From Haliotis rufescens (taxonomy: Eukaryota): a stretch of 64,000 bases of DNA. Shown in pieces: positions 50,141-63,886 of the stretch (position 1 is its first letter; each line of letters opens with the position of its first letter). Both the position numbers and the translations under genes were made by a program. Under the pieces are notes generated by a model. It saw nothing but the letters and a program-made list of their open reading frames with translations. It searched no databases and was not told the DNA's origin. The DNA lies in assembly GCF_023055435.1 (NCBI RefSeq), contig NW_025963813.1, forward strand, positions 31,496,001-31,560,000, written 5' to 3'.

Positions 50141-50679
50141 TTTGACATATGTTAAATATGGATATCTTGAGGCGTCTTTCTGAACACAGAATCTCGCGTG
50201 CAAGGTGATCCAAAGTTAGTGATCTGGCGATGATGTGAAAATCGTTGCAGTTATCATGGCATGGTTGCTTTAAGTGGGAGAAAATTCATTTTAGAAGCAT
50301 TTAAGACGTATATCATTTGCGTGAAACCTTGGATTACGTAATGGAGAAATCATGACAATCAGTTGATTCTACTTCCGAAACTCCCAGATTCGAGTGATTT
50401 CTCGACTTAAAACTACGTGATGGTTGATATATAATTTTTTTCGAAATTTTTAGTCTGTCATTTGCGTCAGTTTTACGTTCGGAGGGGCCAGTGAATGCAT
50501 GGCTCATAATCAACATCAATCAAAATAGAATGACCTTTTGTAATGTTTCAAAGGAATTACTATGGTGCTGACAGACAGGGCTTTTGATCATCGATTATCG
50601 TGGATTCGACCATCATGTCCCGGCAGTTAAGCGACTTGACAACAAGGTCTATTGTGCCATATTCAACATAGTTTAACAG

Positions 50680-50824
50680 TTTGATTTCACACCGCTTTCA
50701 GCAATATACCAGCAGTATCAGGGCGGGGGACACCAGAAATGGGTTTCACACATTGTACCCATGTCAGGAATCGAACCCGTGTCTTCGGCGTGACGCTTTA
50801 ACCGCTAGGCTACCCCACCGCCCC
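50680..50824 (-). mobile_element. tRNA-Asp-like SINE
   Basis: Aligns to 57442-57610. Imperfect TSD catattcaacata / cacattcatcata. Confidence 0.85.
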
Positions 50825-53349
50825 ACATTCATCATATAATACGAATAAAAAATACGGATACATGCAACTGCCTAAACATATTGTCATCAAACGGAGTCAC
50901 CATTATCACATCCGTAAAACAGGTAAGCTAAATAAGACGGAGAGGCATTTTGGTTCTTCTTTGGAAAAGGTGGAGCGTATTGAACTCTATATTTGCCTGA
51001 TCCTAATATGTATCAGACCTTTAGATTAGAACTCGCAGACAACAGATTCCTGGATTAATCAGTGACTGTGTGAGCTTTGAAGAATCAGCAGTTATGCGAG
51101 GAAATGCCATGGCTTCATACGCACCTGTAATCAGTTGAGAGTTTCAGACATCCAGCAATCTTTTGCATCTTGGAAAGATTTGCAGGGACATTGATCTTGG
51201 CTTCATGTGATTAAAGGTAGATGTAGTGCTCCAAAAGTGTGCTCCTGAGACCCATTTGATTTGCAACGGAACAATAGGATTAACTCTGCCACGTTCGTGT
51301 TTGAATGAATCCTCATACGTTCCTTTCATTCCAATTGAAACACCAGTGTTGTCATTAATTAAGTTTTGTCGAAAAGACCTTGGAAGCCAGGGCTGTAATT
51401 TGCTGTCTGAAAGAGGGAAAGTTGGAACAGAGGATTAGAGAGCATCTAGAAATCACGTTAATCCTTTACAAGATAGTAGATATTTCGTGGATGAGATGCC
51501 AGACAATGGATGGTCTAATTTGTCGCAGAACGGTATGGTAACGACATGATAGGAATGCACGATACAATCCCAGTGGCGTGTTAATAGTGAAATGAGATAC
51601 CCTTGGGTCTAAACAGACCCATTTGTTTTATTAATACAGGCTTCCGTTCAAAAACGAGTAAAATTGGAGCATGGAAATATATAACGTTTCAAACAGGCTC
51701 ATTGATTTCAGAAATGCATTCCTCGAGTAAAATAAAAGAAATTCTGTAAAAACAAATGCCCTTGGGAGGAAACGGACCAATCTAATTTCGAATCTAAGCT
51801 GACTGTTTACTTTCAGTTATTCACACTTAAGGAGCTTTAAACATGTTTGAAGAACAAGTAAACTTGGTTCAGCTCACCACAACACGGGATGGCTGTAATG
51901 CCAAACAACAAACACTTTGTCAAGAATACTTTGATGGCCATGTACAGTCCCAGTGGTGAAAAATTTCACGCCAATATTGAACTGATCTGAGCTTGAATCA
52001 AGTAAATGTCCCAAAACGTTCCATAAAGCCATTGTTTTCCTACTGTGCCAAATGGTATTGCATTTTGAAGAAAAAAGCTATCGTAACTTGCACCAGGGAG
52101 TTCTTTTGCTTGAGTATTGAGATAAACACACCATATTTCTACATACATATGCGTGGTTATCGCAGTGAACCGATAAACCTTAACAGGACAGTTATCCTTG
52201 TGCGTGTGTTAGTAGTTTGCTACAGCAAGGCGCGTTATGAAATAATTCCGTTTGGGTCATAGTTTTAACGCCAATGTGTACGTTCAAACCATGAAGAACT
52301 GGACGCAGTTCAGGCAACCAAGATGGCGTATTGGTTTCAGTGAGGTCTATCGGAATTATAGACCGATGTCGACGCTCGGACAATATAGAAAACTCAGACA
52401 TTTATGTTGCAAGGTGATGCATAAATCCCGTATCGGTGATTTCATTCGACTGTCACCTTGAGTCACCTTTGGAACATGTGTTTTTCTAAAAGAATGTGCT
52501 TTGTCCACGGCCGTACACAGATTCCCCAGGGTGACAAGAAGATTTACTTATCTAGCTCTTCACAGGAACAGAAAGTCGCTACGTCAGCGCAACATGAGGA
52601 CAGCTCGTCGTAGGTGGAGGAACAAGAAGAGTACCAGCTTCTGGATGTACGTTTGAAGTCGCACAGCCTCATTTCACAGAAGTCTCAAGTGCAAACGGGA
52701 GCTTTTGGACACCGCAAGATTGATGAATTGTCAAGTATACGTTTACTGTTTCTCTGTGGTAACCCTGTTCGTGTCATATGTACTGTGTAGATCTCGGTTT
52801 ATTTTCGTTTCTTTTGCTTTTGAGGAGCTTTCGACGTGGTGTTCGATTTAGTAGCATGTCTATGATATTTGCTTTACTTCACTTTACTTTATCCGTGTGT
52901 GGTCGACAGATACTTGAATTTGGCATGCACCTATTTCTGTCACTCGAAGGTATTTCATCTTACGTGTATAACATCTTACATTTTGACGGTTGGTCGTTTC
53001 GAGGTTTCCTGAAGTAGGCTGAAGTGATGTAAATCCAATGCTGTTGATGTAAAAGGAATTTCATTGAAATGGAACATGGAATTTACATTGCAATTGAGAG
53101 GAATGTGAACGCAAGATGAAGACCAAACACTTATTGACAGGGCTGTCACTCAAACCATTGATTCTAAAATGAAGGGTACTTTAGTTGATTTTTGCCTGAC
53201 CAGCATTTGCAAAATGTTCGAGATAAAAAGTTTCTTTCAAATTGCTGGGAGTGACAAGCAGATCATTTTAAAAAGTATAATGAACCTCAAAGTAGTATAT
53301 TGATAGTTGATAATAGAAATGCTAACGTTTCGTTGACACATAAAAAGAA

Positions 53350-53562
53350 ACAGGTTAAGAGTTGTAAAAGGTTGATAAAATGTAATGTATTTAGCCCATT
53401 TTAGTACCGACATGCTGCAATATTATCTCAACAAATGAAGACTAGATTCTGTTGAGATAAGAAACTAAACAGTTTAAGAGTAGTATAAGGTTGCCAAAAT
53501 GGAATGTATTGAGCCCATTTTGGTACCGACATTCTGCAATATAATCTCAGGAATATGAATAC
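53350..53562. repeat. ~119-bp tandem duplication
   Basis: ttaagagt.gta.aaggttg..aaaatg.aatgtatt.agcccatttt.gtaccgacat occurs twice. Confidence 0.8.
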
Positions 53563-53950
53563 TTTGTTTTTAAAATGTAGCTTTACAAATCCTCTTATTC
53601 AATGTTGGTATGTTTTACGAGCGTCACAGATGTCACAGAGTTATTTATCACGTAAATCTGTCGGAATATGATAAACAGCTGCCAAACCAAAACTTAATAG
53701 AAAATGAAAGGGAGTGTGTGCTTGTATTATGAGTTTTGTGAGTTTATTTCATTTAAATATTTTTTTAGGTGGAATTGGATACCGGAAATATTCATATTAA
53801 TTCGTATAAATATTTATCTTGATACGTGTATTTGTTTCATAATCCGAAATGTGAAAAAACGTACCATTCAGCTTGGCAAACTGGAAACCACTTTAATCAA
53901 ATATGGAGCTTGATCAATAGTCACAGCAACTGATTTCACAGCCTGCTAAC

Positions 53951-54030
53951 GGGGCGGGTTCAGTTATCACGGAAGCACATGACGTCATCATGACGTCATC
54001 GCCGTCCAGTGCATGACAGTCTTTACGTCA
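53951..54030. promoter_or_regulatory. Cluster of GC-box, ETS-like and tandem CRE motifs
   Basis: ggggcggg, cggaag, atgacgtcat twice and ttacgtca within 80 bp. Function untested. Confidence 0.3.
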
Positions 54031-54921
54031 CAGTTGAGCCCATTCACACTTTGAGTCTCCAACTGCGTGATATGATGAGCTGAACATTCGTGTATACCTC
54101 TGGACCTTCGGTCACATGGTGTACACGCTCGTAAAATCCCGCACAACGCTAATGACACGTGCAACTCGTTATACAGCCAGGCGTAGAAATATACTGAAAA
54201 AAAACCAAGTTGGGAATATAGAATATTTTTGGAATATTTTTGTGAAACTGTGTGCTCACTGTTCACTACAAAAAATATCCCCCAAAATATTAATGATCCC
54301 TCCCTTGTTTTGTTCAGTATAAAATAAGAAGTAATTTAAACAGCTCTAAACCATCCTAAATCATCTTAAAGGGAAACACATCTCCAACTTTGAAAGTATT
54401 GAAATATGGATTAGCGTTTCCTTCGCTGAATCAAAATTTGCTTGTTACAGACTATGATTTCGACTGGTTTGACTAGTGTTCGGCTCTTTTCTCGCTGCAC
54501 GTTGCGAAGGGACACCTTTCGGCGGATCGAAGAATTATATAGAAAGACATTCTTTCTTTTTTATTGTCCAATCTACCCTTTGAGACCGAATGCCGAGAAG
54601 GAATGAAACAGCAAACATGCAGCTTCGCCAGCCTGTGTTTTTTCGGTCGCTAGAGTCTCACAAAATTCATGTCTTCCGGTTTCATCCTCACCAGCATTTC
54701 TCCAACTATGTCTTCCCGTTCTCAGGGAACTAATGTTTGAATCTGGCGGTATTTGACGATGTCATATGAAACAGGGAGTTTCTCCCGCACATATTTGTTC
54801 CGGTTCGTTACAGTCCGACTGTTGCAGTTCGTCTCGTCTGTTGGCTTGATTGATAGGTCATATCAACTTTTTTATGATCCTACTCCCAGTTAATGGCTTC
54901 TGACTGATGTGGGCGTGTCAT

Positions 54922-55147
54922 TTGGTTTGTTGGTTTGTTGTTTAACGCCGCACTCAGCAATATTCCAGCTATATGACGGCGGTCTGTAATAATCGAGACA
55001 ATCCAGTGATTGACATCATGAGCATCGATCAACGCAATTGGGATCGATGACATGCATCAACCAAGTCAGCGAGCCTGACCACCCGATCCCGTTAGTCGCC
55101 TTTTACGACAAGCATAGTCACCTTTTACGGGTTGGGTTGCTGAAGAC
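54922..55147 (-). mobile_element. Family X copy, 5'-truncated
   Basis: Consensus match. Confidence 0.9.
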
Positions 55148-56469
55148 GTGCATAAATTAAACAATTCATGTATGTATTGCTATACGTGGAATGTTTATCA
55201 TTCGCTTCATTTTTATCTGCTGTGATATATACATACATATATATATGGTTAAACTATTGTAGATAACACATGTTTTCATTTTCGAATTTAGTTACAAGGA
55301 TTTACTGTGTATTTTGTGCGGTTTATTGAGGTATGAATCGTAAAACCGATGTGCAAATGTCTGTGAGAATACGCCACACGGATCCATACATCTTGCACAC
55401 CGGGTTTTCAATTCACACCTCAGTAAACCGACAAGAATCCAAAGTCAATCCATGTATACATGTTGTTGGTTGCATACACGACTTTAAGCAATTGGTCAAC
55501 ATCATACTACGCACAATAAGAACCTACATAGTATCACTTCAGAGAATTCGACCAAAGTGGGTAAAATACGAATGTGAAATTTGAGATAAATTATCGCGTA
55601 AACTAAGCCGGAAATAGTAACCAGCTGTACGATATACCGGTGTTTCGTTTGAAAAATATCCAGTAATGTAACTTCAAAGAATTTTGCTGCTTTGATCGGA
55701 TGAATTGTTTTTGAAAATATTATCTCATCCGAAATAATATATTCCAATATCGAGTTATTTTAGATGCAGTTTTTACATTATATATTCAAAAAAAATAATA
55801 ACCACGAGCATAGCACTTTGGAACAACTCATTGCTATTGCCGGATATTGTTTACGCATGAGAATACTTTGATCAGTGTAGCAAACGAATGAACACAAAAT
55901 GTAAATATTGATATCCAACCGACAAAGGTTTTACGTATAATATTAGGCAGTTACCTTGTTCGAGGAATGTAGCCGTCAAAATCCACATAAAGGAACAATA
56001 TCCAATACACCTGTAGCTGTACATAGAAACTTGTTCAAAGTTACGTATAACTCACTGAGTTAGATAATAATGACCAATCAATCATCGTATTAACGGCTAA
56101 ACCTTTGATCAAATTACAGCATGATGGTTTCACATAGACACTCCACGCCCAGATATGGTGTATTCTGTCTGCTTCAGTGAGGCTACATATATAAGCAATT
56201 GCTTTTGACAAATCCACAGTGCAAGATAAGATTAATGAATCAACGGATTATCGGTTAAAAAATGCCAAATGCGAACCACTGACTGCTATACATCCTTGAC
56301 ACCCTCAGAGGCAAGGGTGAACGTTATTGGTTTATACTGCATGGTCTTTGTCAGGTACTCTGAGTGGTTCTACCAGTAATTATACCTTTAATAAAGTCTT
56401 TCACCGACCATCAAGTGAATGGCGAAAAATACACAGGTGTCGGGTTATGCCATTAAACATTGATGACAA

Positions 56470-56620
56470 GAAGGGAGTAGTAATTGTTGTATATTGAAGG
56501 GAGTAGTAATTGTTGTATATTGAAGGGAGTAGTAATTGTTGTATATTGAAGGGAGTAGTAATTGTTGTATATTGAAGGGAGTAGTAATTGTTGTATATTG
56601 AAGGGAGTAGTAATATGTTG
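56470..56620. repeat. 26-bp minisatellite (~5.7 copies)
   Basis: Unit gaagggagtagtaattgttgtatatt. Confidence 0.95.
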
Positions 56621-57441
56621 TACTGTATGAAAGGGTCGTTGTTGTTTTGAATACATAAACTGGACTTCATTGTTGAAAAAATAAATACGCTCGCGTGTAT
56701 GCTTTGTACTAAACTACATAACTGTACATACACATTTACACATGCAGACGGATTTTGCACGATGAAAGGTTATAGTAAGTATCATCCAATCAAATGCGAG
56801 GATTCAAGGGGATTCCCCCTCGCTGTAATCGAGGTCCTCCAATTGCTCCCTCGCTGGTCCGAAACCAAGTTTGTTGGGAAGCTGACGCCAATTGGCATCC
56901 GGTGATTACGCGTGCTGATTAAAAACGGCGCCGGCTAGACGGCAAAGAGTTGGAGCCAAGTTTTCCTTTAAAGGTGGATTGGTATCCCTTCCACTACGCC
57001 TACGGTTAGGACAGTCTGTCTTGAAAATATAAGAAATTGTCCAACATGCTATTGTTACATTTCGTTATACGGCTTACATGGCTATTTATTGACGAAGAAC
57101 ATGAACAAGACAATCATATGAGTCCCTGTCATTCACGAATAAACATCGGTAATTTCTGTCTCTACTGAGCGATCTTAGTAATAGTCAATTAATTGCACAG
57201 CAGATCACACTCTACACATAGCACTGGTCCTTCTGTTTGATATCAAATCTTCATCTTCATCATGATTAGTAGACGTTTTAACCTCGAGGTTACCACACCG
57301 CGCTAGACAGACACGTAAACACGAATGTAACTGTAACAAATATTAAACTGTGCAGAAGTATATAATCCCAGCATCTGTTTATGTAATAACACGACCTCCT
57401 ATGCACACACTCAGTTTACACATACAGTTATGTATGTACTA

Positions 57442-57610
57442 GGGGCGGTCGGGTAGCCTAGTGGTGAAAGCGTTCGCTCGTCACGCCGAAGACCCGGGTT
57501 CGATTCCCGACATGGGTACAATGTGTGAAGCCCATTTCTGGTGTCCCCCGCTGTGATATTGCTGGAATATTGCTAAAAGCGGCGTAAAACCGTACTCACT
57601 CACTCACTCA
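57442..57610 (+). mobile_element. tRNA-Asp-like SINE, best-preserved copy
   Basis: A box tagcctagtgg, GTC in the anticodon-like loop, B box ggttcgattcc, shared tail and (CACT)n. TSD tatgtact. Confidence 0.92.
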
Positions 57611-58034
57611 TATATGTACTGTTTCGAATAATATGAAATCGAAAGTAGTTATAACTTTCAACATACCAAAAGATCCTTGAATAGTAGATGCAGTGGGTTC
57701 GGTTGTTAAAGTGATGCAAATCGAGAGTCAGCCTCGCAGATTGACCGAAGTGATTCGTGTGTAGTCAGAACCTTGATTCTCTTTGCTTTCGTTGGCTTCG
57801 CCAAGGTGGTATTCTGTGACCCCTTTGGCTTTAGGCGTTCATCATACATTATGCTGATGTACGGTGAAATACCTGGAGAACAGTGAAAATCATTAATCCC
57901 CAGCATTTAGCTTCAGACACATTTATAGAATATACACTTAAAGGGTATTTAGACAACCCTTTTTCGTTAATCCGACAAATCGGTTAATCCAAGGGGAACT
58001 GTACTGTCTGAATGAACGATGTTCCCAGGTTTGC

Positions 58035-58160
58035 TAACATTTTCGCGAACACATGAAATTTGATAGTGATTCATAGACTCATGATATAGTCGGAATCTTA
58101 CACTGTTCCGTTTTTAGCAGAGTTTGCTCTTGATTATGGAAATGGGTTTGTTGCTATTAC
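58035..58160 (+). mobile_element. Penelope-like 3' region fragment
   Basis: ttttcgcgaa..tttgatagtgattcata..gatatagtcggaatc aligns with 2557-2670. Confidence 0.55.
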
Positions 58161-60796
58161 GCTTTGTAATAGAATAGTTTTGTAATCTGAAACGCTCCCT
58201 TGAAACAACTGGTTACTCCAAACAAACTGTGAAATTTACAACCTTAGGATTTTAGATCTACTACAGGATCAAACACACTCCCGAAGAGGCGAATTAACGC
58301 CGGTTAATGCATTGCTTTGTCTCCATTCTAAATCGTGAAGCTATACTACATCGTTTTTACATTGGAAAGTGCTTTACGCTGAATATGGTGTAAAATTGTA
58401 GCTTTATTTTCCTAATGTCTTGTATTAGAGGTTGCGTTAAATGAAAAACTGGTTTAAGACTGATGATAATCGTCACTGACCTTTCAATTCACTCTTGGAA
58501 AGAGTCGGCTGGTTTTTCTCCTATTTGATGGGATATTTTGAAGACACGTTTACCACGAGGGCGGTATCATATTTCTTAAAAATCGATAACATGCTTTTGC
58601 ATTCTGTTATATCTTTTGGGGGAAGTTGTCAAAACCTCTGCCCTAGTTTTCTTTAGAAGGCAGGAATATATGACAGACGGTGCAGAGAGATCCCAATATT
58701 ATTATTTGAAAATGGACCTTGATATCTCGCATTCAGATGAATTTAACCAGGGTTTGTCTCAAAGGGATTTGTTGGATTTACATAACGATCTTTTAGAGAA
58801 TGATAAACTGAAATTCCGGGCAAGGGAAAGTTTGAACCCCGTGTTTCGGCGACTGTTTTGATAGCGTGTGTAATGTTTTTCTCCATTCCAATTTCCAAGA
58901 GTATATGTTCTTGTAGCCGGCAGGTTAGTCTACATTTGCCCAGTCGCAGATGTTCCATATCCTCGTGCCATGCAGCGAGACGTGTTATATACTCAACAGG
59001 AGACATGTTTTTTTCTTAATTCTCAAAGCGATAGTTTAATCGCGAAAAACATTTATTTTACCATTTGACTTTTCATAAAAGTACGACAAAGCAATCTGAT
59101 CTTTGAGCTTTGTGTTTGAAGCACTTTGACACAACAAAATTCAAAACAGTTGAAAGGATAGACACAGAATCCCAGGGGGGGGGGGTAGGTTCTATTTTAG
59201 AGACAGGCTATCTACACTATATTGCAAGTGGTTTTGATTGCGACTGGAGTGAGTTATTATACTTTTTTTTAATTTTAATTTTAAGTCACATCGGCAATAT
59301 AATTGCGACTGGAAGTACAGAGAGCGCACATTGTCTTATTTCAAGCAGGAGATTTACTACGTCACGTTAACATGTACTAATTGATCTTGGACATAATAAA
59401 CCTATGATTGAGCAAGCTATATCACAGAAGCATATAATACTACAGTCCGGACAAGGAAAAACGGTGGTTGATAGCATGAACAACAATACATTCCGTCGGG
59501 GTAATATGACACAATATCCAGGTGGCACACCCTATCCCTGTGCCTGATTCAGTCGGCTTTTATATACAAGAATGGAGAATTAGGGAATATTCTGCCCCGG
59601 GATAAGCATATTGATAAAAACGATGTAAAGATGGGAAAGTTGTCACTAAAATATACTTTTGTATTCTTAAATTGACGTCAGTGGTAACCAATTACCTCCA
59701 ATTCAGTTGAACCAATACAAATTACCTTGTTTTTTTCTGAACAAAATACAATCCGTTTTTCAATTGAATTTCTCAATATGTCAGTGTTAACGTTTCTCTA
59801 ACGCTATGATGCTTTAGATTTCTCATTTAAATGTAATTCAATCTGCAATCTAATATTCACATTTGTCAGTTAAAACCGTTTTATACTGATTCGTTTTTAT
59901 CATGCCAAAATATATGACTTCTATTCATAATGAGGAACTGTAAAAATGGGGACATCTCCCCCGTTGAGACGCCAAGTGTCTCAATGAAAGAACGCTGAAG
60001 AGGAAACGATAGCTCCGAACTGGTATTGATGACCGAAGTCGTTTAATAGCGAAATGAGATTGCAATATTATCACCTTTATCCTATAACAGATCAATCAGG
60101 AATGTATAGATGATGGGGATTGGGGTGGAGAGGGAGGTTGCGTTAACGAGGCAACGTGCTCCTCATGTAATTTGTCTGTTCACCTAGTGTTTACCGTTAC
60201 ACATATAATTTGATGGAAGGATAGGTAACCACGAAATAAAGGATGATTTGGTTTTTAGTAGTAGTTTTGAATTTTTTTTATTAAAAAGTCACCGAGCGCT
60301 AATTTGGAGCGTTGCTTTATCCCAAATGAGGCTTACATTATCGTTCTATTTGTGACGAACGGATGTTATTAAAACATAAGTGTTATCTGGTATTTATGAC
60401 ACTAGTGTCATGTGCAGAAAGGGAATTCCATTTTTAGACTTTTATGTCACGTGTTAATTTAGGTATTCCAGCCTTTGGGCATCGTTCCATGGCTTCCTTG
60501 AAGTACTGCAGGTCTCTGATGTTCACCACGTTGGTGGTGATGGTATGGAATGGGGTCGTGACCGATCAAGGGTCATAATCTTTTACTCAAACTCCCGACC
60601 AACATATGCTCAAGCTTAAGGAACAGAAATGTCACAGTGATTGAAGCATTTACCGCGCGCTGACCTACCTGTGACCTTGACACACAGTCGCTATAGCAGC
60701 TTACAGCTATAGCCTTATTTACGCCGTTGTTAACGCTATTTCTTAGTCCTATCGTCAACTTCGTGTGAAAGACTGAGTTTTTCGAAGTAATGAAAA

Positions 60797-60880
60797 CTGA
60801 TATTTTCATTGCAGTGAACATACTACTTGATACTTCACTGCAGTGAACGTAACACTTGATATTTCACTGCAGTGAACACT
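60797..60880. repeat. Three ~30-bp repeats of tgata.ttca.tgcagtgaac
   Basis: Each contains the near-palindrome ttcactgcagtgaa. Confidence 0.75.
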
Positions 60881-61478
60881 TTGACGGAACTATTTTCGTA
60901 CAAGAGTTATCTCCCCTTAAATTGTCTCCCTTTGTCGTAAGTGACAAGCCCGTAAACAAACTGTTGACGTTCTTTTTACGTTAGGTCCACATTGACAGGG
61001 CAAAATAATGACATATGGTCGTTTATGGGGTTAATTCCACTTCTTGCCGTTTGTTATTCTCTCGAAAATGTTTCCTTATAAACTGTGATTTTTCTTATTA
61101 AGCTCGTCAATCGAGACTGTTCGTTTCGCACAGGGTCATTTTTGTTACTTGACCTGCGTGTATTCGTTCGCTTCCAACGGCGGGCTCCTAGTTTTCAAGA
61201 ATATTTGTTTGTTCATGTTGATTTTGTATATAAATGTATGATAATTAATTTTCGTGACCCTAAATATTTGTTTATACTCTTGTTTACATCTTTGAAGATT
61301 TTGCAAACACGAAACTGCTTTTTAAGTCGCAAATACAAGCGATGGTGAACAGATACAAGGGATGGTACTTGTGTGTTTATTAGGAAGAATTTACGTTTCA
61401 AGGTTTTACATTTGTAGCGAAATAATTTAATTTCCTGGTAGACAAGTACACAAGAAGTATTTGATAAATAGGATATTC

Positions 61479-61525
61479 GTGACGGGGGAAAAGGAGATAT
61501 CTTATATCTCCTTTCCCTCTGTCAC
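61479..61525. repeat. 22-bp-arm hairpin
   Basis: gtgacgggggaaaaggagatat-ctt-atatctcctttccctctgtcac. Confidence 0.85.
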
Positions 61526-62029
61526 CCGAAGAGAGAAACATGATATTTGACTCGACACATGAAATATCCACTATATATTAAGGAGATATCTTAATGCATG
61601 CCCCCACTAGTCAAGACGTGTTCATCCGTAATATATCTACCCGCTTCCAGATGTTTATAATTTGAGAGGTAGGTAAATGGTCAAAGCGGTGGCTCCTAGA
61701 CTTGGGTCGATTCCCGAAAGAGGTACCCAGTTTAAGTGACCTCGCCCACCCAACCAAACGCCCTGCCTTAACGGACAGAGAATATTGCTAAAACCAACGT
61801 GAAACCATATTTTGTAGAATATAATGTATCAATTTCGATATTGTACTTTATGTTTTTCGTGTAACTTTAAGCACGACATGAATGTTTGACATGAAGGTGA
61901 TATGTGTTTGGCCAAAAAAAATAAAACAGGATATGATTTTAAACATCTTGCCTATTTCATATGAAAAGTAAAATAAACTGTCCGGCAAAACAAGAAATAC
62001 ATTTGAAAATTGGATTTGACCAAAAGATT

Positions 62030-62203
62030 ACAAAGTTATCAAAACGTTACAAAGCTAAAATCAGTCGCCCAAACAATGCAAACGTAAGGCCCAAAACACA
62101 ACTATGATACCCGCATCAAATGGATCACCGTCGAATAACCATTCCCAGTCTGTTTCATTTTTTTAATCATGAAACATGTGTGTATATCTTCTATTGCCCG
62201 ACA
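62030..62203. repeat. Unclassified interspersed repeat, copy 2
   Basis: Homologous to 30235-30405. Confidence 0.7.
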
Positions 62204-63844
62204 CTTGTTGTTTTCCAACAGATGACTCACAAGAACGTATCTTCTGTTTACATGTACGTTCGAGAAATATTTGTCGAGTAACCTCCTCAATTTGTTAAGC
62301 AAACTGCATCCTTGTCTCACGCAAGATGGCATTAGTCATTCTGTCAGGTTAAGTGCCAAAGCTAGTACGTATTATGTAGTGAAGTTGATTCATAACAAGA
62401 CGACCAAAATCGCTTAAAACTACATGAAATGGGTTCTCAAATCGATCCAAGATATATTTACTGTATTAACCATTGACCCACGTAGTGTTAGTCCTCTGAC
62501 GATGATAATACGAGTTGCTAAAAGCAGACATTATCCATTATCATATAAGTTGTATGTCTTCACAACCATTGTACCGCTTATAGCCCGAGGCATACGACCT
62601 GCACACAAAGTCTTCAACATACTGCTTCCACTGACATTTAAGGTCCTTTAATGTCGGATCTGAGCGTCGTCTTTTCTGTCATTGTTCGTGCTGGTGATGA
62701 GACGAGACAGCGAATAGTGTGCTCGCACTTAGTGTTTCCAGCTGATTCTTCATGACTGACAACATATTCAGGCAGCCCTCAAGTAAAGTAAATAGCGGTG
62801 GTTTATACAAAAACAAGGACATTTACACAACGTGGCATACAAACATTGCACGCAGTGCCCGAAATTTGGTATTGTCATTAGGTGGTCCAATATTCTATTA
62901 CCAGATGATTACAATGTGTTGAAGTGGCAGAACGCGCGAACAAATATTGTCAGACATGGTCAGCGTGTAAATAAGGGTAATGTTAGAGTATGTTAATATT
63001 AACCACGTATAACGCTGACATGGTACAGACAGTTCATTTTAGTCTTAACATGATAAACGACGATGGAAAGGAATACAACGTGTACCCTTGGAGTGGAAAT
63101 GCTTGTTAGCGTACCCAATGGAATTGCGGGCCAGGAACACGCATGTTCCATACAATTGTGGTGTTCATTGGTATGTGTGTTTGAACTCTTAATAACTGAC
63201 AGAAAATATTCCATTCCTTTAGGCACGTGTTCACAGAGATTTAGTCAGATCACTTGGTTCAATGTTGTAGCTGCACTCACTTCAGACATGTAACGGTCAT
63301 TCGTCACCACTCGCCCCTTTCCGTAACCTGCAAGAAGACTCGTCCCCCTATCGATGAAGGTTATGTGCGAAAATACGACAAACCAATCAGAATGCGCGTA
63401 TGATTTTAAGTTCTTCGTCAAAGAATCCCTCAGAAATAATGTTTGATTCTACATGTGTCTTGCATCTAAAAATGTACTCAAGAAACAGTTAAATGTGTTC
63501 AATCATACTGTATAATTCCGCACGTCCCAATGTGTTTTAAATTGCATCTAAAATATATATAATACATTGGGAAATAATTTTAGGTATGCCCGTTTGCGCT
63601 AAGACGGAACCCGGTCGCAAAAAATGGCCATGAGAGGGGCACGAGTCGCTATTTGGCTTGTCCCGGAATAACACGAGTTGGTCACGAATGATGTAACGTT
63701 GTATAACATTGCTGAACTTAATACGGCCTGTGATGACCAGGTCGATGTTTTAATTTTATTACTTTTTGGTATAGTGGAAATGTTTTCAGAATGCTTTTCG
63801 CGAACATGTGTGGTCATCACTGATATTGAGTGATCAATTCAGAT

Positions 63845-63886
63845 GTTGTTGTTGTTGGTTTGTTGTTTAACGCCGCACTCAGCAAC
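63845..63886 (-). mobile_element. Family X tail fragment
   Basis: gttggtttgttgtttaacgccgcactcagcaa. Confidence 0.75.

Noticed and set aside
56795-57010. DIRS recombinase-like remnant
   Set aside because: Faint resemblance only, with no catalytic motifs seen.
57442-57515. tRNA-Asp gene
   Set aside because: No acceptor stem. It continues into a shared SINE body and tail with a TSD and has several degraded copies.
58743-59006. GIY-YIG-like peptide (LGKCRLTCRLQEH)
   Set aside because: Only one short motif fits, too weak to call.
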